A DNA stretch of 32,265 bases from an uncultured Lachnospiraceae bacterium (GTDB lineage Bacteria; Bacillota; Clostridia; Christensenellales; UBA1242). The DNA is taken from assembly GCA_964368425.1 (NCBI GenBank), contig CAYJAP010000005.1, positions 1-32,265 of the forward strand. The letters are read 5' to 3'. The first letter of the stretch is position 1, and every line of letters starts with the position of its first letter. The notes under the pieces were generated by a model, which saw only the letters and a program-made list of their open reading frames with translations, was not told the origin of the DNA and searched no databases. This document shows, piece after piece, positions 1 to 7,510 of this stretch. The translations under genes were made by a program, and so were the position numbers.

Positions 1-868
1 AGATAAAACCGATTCAGATATTAGAGTGCAATTATTAGTTCCAAAAAATGAAATAATCGTAAATTATTTTGGCGAAGAAAACTACCCGGCATATGAGTTT
101 AAGTACGAAGTAATAAGAAATTGGTGGTTTGGTAAAGGTTTAGATGGATTTGACATTGACAAAATGTATACTTTATCTTCAGATGAGGGGGCTACTTACG
201 AATCTTTCTCTCCTCCCACCCCCCTCGAGGAAGATATAACATTGTATTTTGATTTATTTCAACACTGAGCCTGAACACACTCTTGAAGGATCATACTACA
301 AGGAGGCGGGCGATGGCTCATATATAGAGTTTATTTCTGTACTAGACTCATCTAGGGTAATGCTAGTGGGTATGCTTATGGATTACGAACTTTCAACAAA
401 TGAGTCTGGACAAACTATTCTTGTAATAACTACCCCTGGTATGGGAACTGATCCTTTAATATGGGAGGGTGAAAGCATTAGAGTGAAGGACGATACTTTA
501 CATAAGATAAATAATCTCGAGAATTTATTTAAGATAACCTTCCACTTTAATATGCCCGAACTTATATCAGGTGGTGGTATAACTCCTGTAAGCCTATATC
601 AATACTCATTCCTTCAGTAGATGGTTTTGCACAACCATTATTAGCTGAAGAAGGTGAAGAGGTTGCGGATATATTCAACCATATAGCAACATTCCTTGTA
701 TTTGATTTTGATGAAGGAATGTTAGGTGAGTTTGTTGCATCGTTACCTGAGGATACTGCGAGATTTAAAATATACAATGAATCCGAGGAGCTCGTACCTT
801 TTGATTTCTATACTGAAATCGCTTCAGATTTAGACATATATATTGCAGATGAAGAGGTTGAGGGATAA
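1..868 (+). pseudogene. 3' part of an acidic, probably surface/secreted protein gene with InlB B-repeat (Listeria-Bacteroides repeat)-like segments; two frameshifts (real or assembly error)
   Basis: Frame open from base 2 (DKTDSDIRVQLL...), switches frame near 247-250 and back near 590-591, ends TAA 866-868. FSPPTPLEEDITLY and FDFYTEIASDLDIY resemble the FDFxTPIxxDITLY end of B-repeats. Confidence 0.55.
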
Positions 869-952
869 GAGATTGACATTTGTAAGATGATAATATTTGC
901 TAGCGAACCAATTAATCACAGGAATTTATTACGAGAAATAAGATCATAAAAG

Positions 953-976
953 AAACCCACAATCGTGGGTTTTTTG
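953..976. terminator. Bidirectional intrinsic terminator
   Basis: AAACCCAC-aatc-GTGGGTTT hairpin with A-run before and T-run after, between convergent genes. Confidence 0.8.
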
Positions 977-1011
977 TTTTAACTATTTTCAATATATTAT
1001 CTTAATGCCTG

Positions 1012-1563
1012 TTATCTTTTTTGGATAACTTTATAATTATTGATAGCGTCAGCTAGTCTTTTTGCTAACTCTACATTTGCGGTATGTAAAGAGTTTAAAA
1101 TAAGTTTCGCATCCTTTCTGTATTGATCGACCTTTTCTTGCGACCATTTTTCGGGAATATCTTGTAAGTTTAGCATTCTATCAGCCATCTTTATAATCCA
1201 GATTTCCTCAGGCTGCTTCTTTATACGGACTAGTGAGTCTGCTATGCGATGCTCGTACGGTAGAGAAGGGTCCTTTGACAGCGCCAACACTCCGTCTGCA
1301 ACACCTTGTCCAAACTCTAGTGATATGTCCTCGTACGTCCTCGGAGTGTCCTCAATAACGTCGTGCAACAGAGATACTTGAACAAGTAGGTTCCAGTCAA
1401 CGTTTTTGCCAAAGCAGGCGTTTATCGCAGCCTCAGCTGTTCCAACGACATGCACCAAATAAGGTACGTTGCCGTGAGATTCTCTCTGTTGAGTGCCATG
1501 TGCATGTGCCGCATAGAACAATGCCTTGGCGAATATTTCACTATCCCATGTTTTTAGTTGCAT
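1012..1563 (-). CDS. Stand-alone HD-domain small alarmone hydrolase (SAH / Mesh1-like (p)ppGpp hydrolase)
   Basis: AAHAHGTQQR, PYLVH, LLHDVIEDT and IKMADRMLNL match the RSH hydrolase motifs; AAGGAG RBS at 1569-1574. Confidence 0.88.
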   Translation of the reverse strand: MQLKTWDSEIFAKALFYAAHAHGTQQRESHGNVPYLVHVVGTAEAAINACFGKNVDWNLLVQVSLLHDVIEDTPRTYEDISLEFGQGVADGVLALSKDPSLPYEHRIADSLVRIKKQPEEIWIIKMADRMLNLQDIPEKWSQEKVDQYRKDAKLILNSLHTANVELAKRLADAINNYKVIQKR

Positions 1564-1604
1564 GCTAACTCCTTATTTAGATAAGTTATTCAGTAGTATA
1601 GTTT

Positions 1605-1633
1605 ATATTATTACACATGGGAGCGTTTGTCAA
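1605..1633 (-). promoter_or_regulatory. SigA-type promoter for the SAH gene
   Basis: Minus strand TTGACA (1628-1633), 17 nt, TAATAT (1605-1610). Confidence 0.65.
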
Positions 1634-1645
1634 TGTGTAATTGAA

Positions 1646-3757
1646 TTATATTCGGTGGATATCAAAAACATCGGGAATATTTTTTATTTTGTTCAGCACC
1701 TCTTTAAGTTGCTGATGGTTTTTTATCTGTATAGATATATGAACTATTTGCTTATTATCTTCTGTTTTTATAATGTTGAAGGAAGATATTAAAATGTCAT
1801 TTTTCAGCATCTGTGTGGATATATCTGTAAACACGCTAGGAGATTTAGAGCAGATGATTCTTATGTTCGCAGATGTTTCTTTATTCTCTTCCACATTCCA
1901 CTCAGTTTTAATCAGTCTTTCCAATTCAACATACGATAGGTTTGGACAATCTCGCCTATGGACGGTTATTCCTTGTCCGTGTGATACGAAGCCCACGATT
2001 TCGTCGCCTGGAATAGGTGTGCAACACCCTGCCAGTTTAGTCAATACACCTTTTTCGTTGTTTACTAAGATCATATCCGTAGGACGACTCTTCTTGCTGT
2101 GCTGTTTTTTAGTTACCTTAAGAGTATCTAGTTGCTCGTGTTTTTGCACGTATTTAGTATACAGCTGCTTCAATCGGGAAACGATTTTTGTGGCTGTTAT
2201 AGACCCAAAGCCCACCGAGGCGTACATGTCATCGTGATTTGTGAAAGAGTATTTATCAAAAAGTTTTTCTATGTCGGGGTTATCTAATAACTTGGATAAA
2301 TTGTATCCTTGTGTTTTCGCATACTGTTCTAAGATTACTTTACCTTTCTTGATATTATCTTCCTTTAATTCTTTTTTAAAGAAAGCATTTATCTTTTCCC
2401 GCGCAACATCTGTCCTTACTATCTTCAACCAGTCGCGAGAAGGACCTTTAGCTGTAGGAGAGGTTATAATCTCCACGGTATCTCCACTCTTTAGTGTGGT
2501 TTTGATAGGCACCATTTTGCCGTTTACCTTTGCTCCCACGCATTTATTTCCTACGTTGGAGTGGATATAATAAGCGAAGTCGATAGTTGTAGCACCCTCT
2601 GGGAATTGAAAGATATCTCCTTTTGGCGTCTGTACAAAAATCTCATCACTAAAAACGTCTATCTTTAGTGTCGCAATAAGCTCTTCGTTAGAGATTTCTT
2701 TTTGGTCATCTAAAATCTCTCGCACCCATGCTAATCTCTCATCAAGGTCTGTCTTTTTATCTCTCTTTTCTTTGTACATCCAGTGAGCCGCGATACCGTA
2801 CTCAGCTATTCTGTGCATTTCCTGTGTTCGGATTTGCACCTCGATAGGTCTGTCGTTGAAGAGAACTGTAGTGTGTAGAGACTGGTATCCGTTTTGTTTT
2901 GGTAAGGAAATATAGTCCTTGAATCGCTCTGTCATAGGGACGAAAGTGTTATGTACTTCTCCCAGTACGGCGTAACATTCAGGGATACTGTCCACAATGA
3001 TTCGTAGTGCCACAATGTCGTAAATATCGTCCAGCGTAGCCTTTTTATCGTTTAATTTTTTGTGTATGCTATATACGTGTTTTTTACGACCATGTATCTC
3101 ATAATTTATTTTTAACCGGTCGGTAACATTTGCGAGTCTTTTCTTTATGTTTTCCAGCTGTCCAACTACTGAGCTGAATCTTTGGTCGACAATGTTTGAT
3201 AGCTCTACATACTTTTCCGGATGCATAATTTTGAAACAAAGATCTTCCATGCTTCCCTTTATGATCGCCAGACCCAGTCGACTAGCCAGAGGGGCGTATA
3301 TGTTCAACACTATCTCTGCTTTTTTTCTATCCTCATCGTTATAATTGCTTTTCATGATTTTTAGTTCTGCATGAATGAAACAGATGATAATGATAATAGA
3401 CGTCAAATCTTTTGCTATCGAAATAAGCATCTTTTTCAAGTTTTGCGTTTCATCTTTAATGTTTGTAAAATCTGTTTTATATAGTTTTGACAGGGTGTTT
3501 AACTTGGTATGAATTTCCTCACCGTACGATGCAACGATGCTTTCGTCAGATACTAACTTATGTTTATACGGTAGGTACAGCAGGGCAAGCAAAATACTCT
3601 CGTTATCTACCTTGATGTCAGCAAGACAACTTATAGCGAGTTCGGTGGTTTTATATAAAGTATTAGACGCACTTATTGGCTCATACAAATCTTTGTATGC
3701 ATTCATGATTCGTGCATCATTTGAGTATTTTGAAAACAAAGTTTCTTTCAGTGTCAT
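1646..3757 (-). CDS. rel: Long RelA/SpoT homolog, (p)ppGpp synthetase with degenerate hydrolase domain
   Basis: APLASRLG, GRKKHVYSI, DIYDIVALR, RFKDY..PKQNGYQSLHT, EVQIRT, GIAAHW, TGS (DFAYYIHS), zinc finger (CCTP..H..DC), ACT-like end; HD motifs absent. Confidence 0.95.
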   Translation of the reverse strand: MTLKETLFSKYSNDARIMNAYKDLYEPISASNTLYKTTELAISCLADIKVDNESILLALLYLPYKHKLVSDESIVASYGEEIHTKLNTLSKLYKTDFTNIKDETQNLKKMLISIAKDLTSIIIIICFIHAELKIMKSNYNDEDRKKAEIVLNIYAPLASRLGLAIIKGSMEDLCFKIMHPEKYVELSNIVDQRFSSVVGQLENIKKRLANVTDRLKINYEIHGRKKHVYSIHKKLNDKKATLDDIYDIVALRIIVDSIPECYAVLGEVHNTFVPMTERFKDYISLPKQNGYQSLHTTVLFNDRPIEVQIRTQEMHRIAEYGIAAHWMYKEKRDKKTDLDERLAWVREILDDQKEISNEELIATLKIDVFSDEIFVQTPKGDIFQFPEGATTIDFAYYIHSNVGNKCVGAKVNGKMVPIKTTLKSGDTVEIITSPTAKGPSRDWLKIVRTDVAREKINAFFKKELKEDNIKKGKVILEQYAKTQGYNLSKLLDNPDIEKLFDKYSFTNHDDMYASVGFGSITATKIVSRLKQLYTKYVQKHEQLDTLKVTKKQHSKKSRPTDMILVNNEKGVLTKLAGCCTPIPGDEIVGFVSHGQGITVHRRDCPNLSYVELERLIKTEWNVEENKETSANIRIICSKSPSVFTDISTQMLKNDILISSFNIIKTEDNKQIVHISIQIKNHQQLKEVLNKIKNIPDVFDIHRI

Positions 3758-3759
3758 GA

Positions 3760-4716
3760 TTATTCCTTGTTTTTATGTCTTAAATCTGTTCCTTCCATTT
3801 TAATTAACAGCGACTTATTCTTATCTATCATACGACTATATATTCGTTCATCGTATATGTCAAAAATCTGGTTGGGCATTAGATTCGTCGTTATAACAGT
3901 ATTTTTATCACGTATATTTCTCTCACTTATAATAAGATATAGATATTCACGTGTCACGTTTTGTAGTATACTTTCTGTACCTAAATCATCTATTATCAGC
4001 AGATCACAACTCAAGAACGGGTACATTATCTCACTCTTCTCTTGTACTGTTGCACAGTGATATCTCAAAAATTGTTGGTTAAGCTCAAAGGCGGAGATAT
4101 ATATCGTATAATTGCCTTTATCAATCGCTTCATTCACAATACACTGCGCTAGAAAAGTCTTTCCAACGCCGGTGTTTCCACAAATTGTAACTAACTTTTT
4201 AGAAGTTGCTTTTAAATCTGTCGCATATTTTTTCATTTGCATAAACAGGCGTTTGTTGCTGTCCTTTACGTGAGAATCCCACAAATCAGGATTAGCTTTT
4301 TTAAAATTAGCAGCCTTGTTTACACCATTATTTTCAACGAGTTTTGCGCTTAATTTTTTGTTATAACACACACAAGGCTTTCCATTTACAAAGCCCGAAT
4401 CCAAACATTTTTTGCAGGAGTACTGTGGCTGAATATCTTGTTCAGTTAATCCTATTTTATTTAAAATACTAACACTTTTGTTTTGTAGTGCTGTTAGTTT
4501 TTCTCGGTGTTTTTTTGTATCTTTTTTTTGAAACTCTAGTTTCCCAATTTCACAAGTCAAATCTTTAATTTCTTCGAATGTTGATTTAAAGGATGGATTT
4601 TGCAAAGCCTTCTTTAGGTTATCGTCGGCTATTTTTTCCACGTTAAATTTGTTTTGCTGTAACGAAGAAATTATCTCTTGTGTCAATGCTTCTTTATTTA
4701 ATAAGTTATTTGTCAT
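3760..4716 (-). CDS. DnaC/DnaI-like AAA+ helicase loader ATPase
   Basis: CKKCxDSG..CVC zinc site, Walker A GNTGVGKT, Walker B LLIIDDLG, ITTNL, ERIYSR, GxDLR; ATGA overlap with the DnaD-like gene. Confidence 0.88.
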   Translation of the reverse strand: MTNNLLNKEALTQEIISSLQQNKFNVEKIADDNLKKALQNPSFKSTFEEIKDLTCEIGKLEFQKKDTKKHREKLTALQNKSVSILNKIGLTEQDIQPQYSCKKCLDSGFVNGKPCVCYNKKLSAKLVENNGVNKAANFKKANPDLWDSHVKDSNKRLFMQMKKYATDLKATSKKLVTICGNTGVGKTFLAQCIVNEAIDKGNYTIYISAFELNQQFLRYHCATVQEKSEIMYPFLSCDLLIIDDLGTESILQNVTREYLYLIISERNIRDKNTVITTNLMPNQIFDIYDERIYSRMIDKNKSLLIKMEGTDLRHKNKE

Positions 4717-6155
4717 AGTTCCACCTCGTACACAGAATCAAACAGCGAGTTTAACTCTTTTGCTGAGTATTCTCGGCCAATCTTTTTCTTATTATCTACG
4801 ACTTTCTTTTGAGCAACTGGTGTCTGTGACCGAGCGTCTGCGACGCTAGTAATCTTATTTAGATAGTAAGAAGATAGTATCTTGTTGAGATACTGTATAG
4901 GTTGTACTTTATCTGCAGACTGTTTAGATGCAAACAAAATAAGCTCCTGAGATATGTTCCATGTACTTGTCCAAATAGTGTATAATCTACGGTCTTCAGC
5001 GTTTATTTCACGACGAATCCCTAGCTCTGCCAGAATTTCTTTGATTTGTTTATCGTGTTCGAAAGATTTGTTCAGGTAATTATCTAAACTCTCAGAAGAC
5101 AGAATTCCCAGCTTGAAGAACTTATTAACAAGATGGTTCATACCTTCCAGTGTTCTAGTGCCAGAAATAAAACATAGGTTTGCTATTTCCGTCAATACTT
5201 TTGTGTCATATCCTAACGTGAACCATGGGTTTATGTACGTGTCCACAACGTTCTCGTAGTTATCATATCGTACACCAAGTTTCGCACATACCACTTTGGC
5301 TGTATCAAACAGGGTAGTCATATTGATATAATAATCCTCGATCTCTTTTGTGCTAAGTAAATCTCTTTCAAAACATTTAGTCAAGGTTTTGTTCAGTCTA
5401 TGCATACCGCCAGTTTTGTTTTTTTCTAACTTCGCCACGGCAATTATCGTGTCCAATTCAAATCCAAAATCTTTTATCCAAGATAAAAACATCTGATATT
5501 CTTCAGTTGAGGCACGTCTTCTAATCCCTAACGTCTTTAATACGATGGCAATTTCTTCTGAGTTTTGTTCTTGCTCAGATATGCGTTGTACAACATCATC
5601 TTCAGTTAATATTCCCTCGTATGCCCAGTTTTTAGCTATTGTAGCTATATAATTATATCCCACATTATTACTTTTCAGATTAACACAATAATCAATTATT
5701 TTGATTAACGCATTTGCCTCCATGTGGAAGGACTCTATTATATGATAGTACTCTTGATATTCGGTAGGAGTTATCATACGTCCAACAAGTATTTCCTGTG
5801 CCTGAATGTTAAACTCACGGTATTTGTCTTTGTTATATTTCTTAAGTATAGAAGAGTAATTTTTTACCGGCATATAGCGGACTTCTATAGGTGTAATATT
5901 CAGTATTTGTACCAATCCAAGCTCTTGCCAATATAAAAAAGAACTTACAATATCATCTTCTGACATCTGTAATATTTTAGATACTGATTCGAGAGTGTTC
6001 TCGAGCGAGGTAGGATTACTGCATAAATAAAGACCATACAGGTATACTTTAGTACATTCTGATGGTGCTTGGGGCATAAACTCTTTGATGAAAGAATGGT
6101 TTATTTCCACCTTATTATTTGCAATTACTTCACTTGAAAATTTACAAAACGCCAT
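4713..6155 (-). CDS. dnaD: DnaD/DnaB-family replication initiation protein with multiple DnaD-type repeats
   Basis: N-terminal FIKEFMPQA..KVYLYGL..YWQELGL winged-helix-like region, YIATIAKNW-type repeats, coupled to the loader ATPase. Confidence 0.8.
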   Translation of the reverse strand: MAFCKFSSEVIANNKVEINHSFIKEFMPQAPSECTKVYLYGLYLCSNPTSLENTLESVSKILQMSEDDIVSSFLYWQELGLVQILNITPIEVRYMPVKNYSSILKKYNKDKYREFNIQAQEILVGRMITPTEYQEYYHIIESFHMEANALIKIIDYCVNLKSNNVGYNYIATIAKNWAYEGILTEDDVVQRISEQEQNSEEIAIVLKTLGIRRRASTEEYQMFLSWIKDFGFELDTIIAVAKLEKNKTGGMHRLNKTLTKCFERDLLSTKEIEDYYINMTTLFDTAKVVCAKLGVRYDNYENVVDTYINPWFTLGYDTKVLTEIANLCFISGTRTLEGMNHLVNKFFKLGILSSESLDNYLNKSFEHDKQIKEILAELGIRREINAEDRRLYTIWTSTWNISQELILFASKQSADKVQPIQYLNKILSSYYLNKITSVADARSQTPVAQKKVVDNKKKIGREYSAKELNSLFDSVYEVEL

Positions 6156-6262
6156 AAGTTATCCTTTTTATCATGTGTTCTAAGAAGATTATAATACATT
6201 TTGTCTAAATATACTAGTGTTTTGATTTTAAAAAAGTTAACGAATTTGTCGTCGCTTTTTAT

Positions 6263-6290
6263 TTGACCTCTTTTTTTGATATGTTATAAT
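6263..6290 (+). promoter_or_regulatory. SigA-type promoter for sbcD-sbcC
   Basis: TTGACC, 16 nt, TATAAT with extended TG; GAGG RBS before ATG 6308. Confidence 0.65.
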
Positions 6291-6307
6291 GAAAAAGAGA
6301 GGTACAA

Positions 6308-7510
6308 ATGAGGATTTTACATACGGCAGATTGGCATCTCGGACTGAAGACGGATGACTTCGATAGAGAGCAGGAACAGAAAGATGCTTTGGAAGAAGTT
6401 ATCGCGATTGTGAGAAAGCAAGATATAGACATTGTGTTGGTTGCAGGCGATGTATACGAGTCGTTTGTGCCGTCGAGTGACGCAGAAAACCTGTTTTTTA
6501 ACACAATAATGAAGTTAAGCAATGAGGGTAATACAGCAGTAGTTATCATTCCGGGTAATCATGATGAGCCTAAACGATTAGCAAACTCAGCAGTTTTTGC
6601 TCGAAACTTTAATATACACATAGTAAGTAACTTAGATCCAATCAAAGTGTTCTCAAAAGACAGGTGGCGGATAAAGCCGGTGAACTCAGGTAGAGGATTT
6701 ATAGAATTTGCCAAAGATAACGGAGAAAGTTGTGTGGTGGCATGCATGCCGTATCCGTCTTATTCGCGATACAAAGAGATGAAGAAAGAAGGCGAAAGGT
6801 TTAGCGATAAGTGTAAAGAGTGGTTTTCTCACGGTGCAAGTGCTTTTCGAGATGATACCATAAATATCGGAATTTCCCACGTATACAGTTATGGTATAGA
6901 TTTGACTGAAGAAGAGAGTGCAAGTTTTGAGTATGTCAGTTCCGTTTTCCAGTTCGTGGAGCACTCGGCGTATCCTGCTAAAGCGCATTATATAGCCTTG
7001 GGTCATATACACAGGTGTATCACTGTAAATAAACAGAAACACATATATTATTCCGGTTCACTCATCAATAACTTTTTTGATGGCGGAGATGCTGTGACAA
7101 AAGTTATCGTCGCAGACATATCTTCGTCCGGAGTTCAAAAGGTAAACAAGATTCCGCTAAATACTAAAATTCTGAAAAAGGTTACCGTTTCCAGCGTAGA
7201 GGAAGCGGAAAGTATTGCTCAGTCAGATGAGAATAAGGGAGCGTTGTTAAAAGTTATTATAAAAAACGTTGTTCCGTCACAGGCTGAACAGATTAAACAA
7301 CTACGTAAAAAGCACAATAACATTGTATCAATACAAGCAGTGTCTAGATTAGTAGAGTCTAGTCGAAGAAAGATTGAACCGAAAAAGGATTTAACAAACT
7401 CTGAGTTATTTAATAAATTTTGTATGGATCGTACTGGAGAGCAGCCTAGTGAAGATGTTTTACGTTTATTTTTGGAAACGATGGGGGAGGTGTTATATGA
7501 AACCGATTAA
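6308..7510 (+). CDS. sbcD: SbcD/Mre11-family nuclease
   Basis: HTADWHLG, AGDVY, GNHD, ALGHIH, YSGS metallophosphoesterase motifs. Confidence 0.93.
   Translation: MRILHTADWHLGLKTDDFDREQEQKDALEEVIAIVRKQDIDIVLVAGDVYESFVPSSDAENLFFNTIMKLSNEGNTAVVIIPGNHDEPKRLANSAVFARNFNIHIVSNLDPIKVFSKDRWRIKPVNSGRGFIEFAKDNGESCVVACMPYPSYSRYKEMKKEGERFSDKCKEWFSHGASAFRDDTINIGISHVYSYGIDLTEEESASFEYVSSVFQFVEHSAYPAKAHYIALGHIHRCITVNKQKHIYYSGSLINNFFDGGDAVTKVIVADISSSGVQKVNKIPLNTKILKKVTVSSVEEAESIAQSDENKGALLKVIIKNVVPSQAEQIKQLRKKHNNIVSIQAVSRLVESSRRKIEPKKDLTNSELFNKFCMDRTGEQPSEDVLRLFLETMGEVLYETD

Noticed and set aside
562-777. 71-aa minus-strand ORF
   Set aside because: Shadow of the plus-strand frame running 551-868.
1012-3757. 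toxSAS toxin-antitoxin module
   Set aside because: The synthetase is a full-length RSH with TGS, zinc-finger and ACT-like domains, not a small alarmone synthetase.
3760-4716. IS21 IstB helper or prophage replication ATPase
   Set aside because: No IstA, terminal repeats or phage genes; coupled to a chromosomal DnaD-like gene and rel.
1526-4849. Plus-strand ORFs overlapping rel, the loader and dnaD
   Set aside because: Antisense shadows of well-supported genes, with no recognisable motifs.
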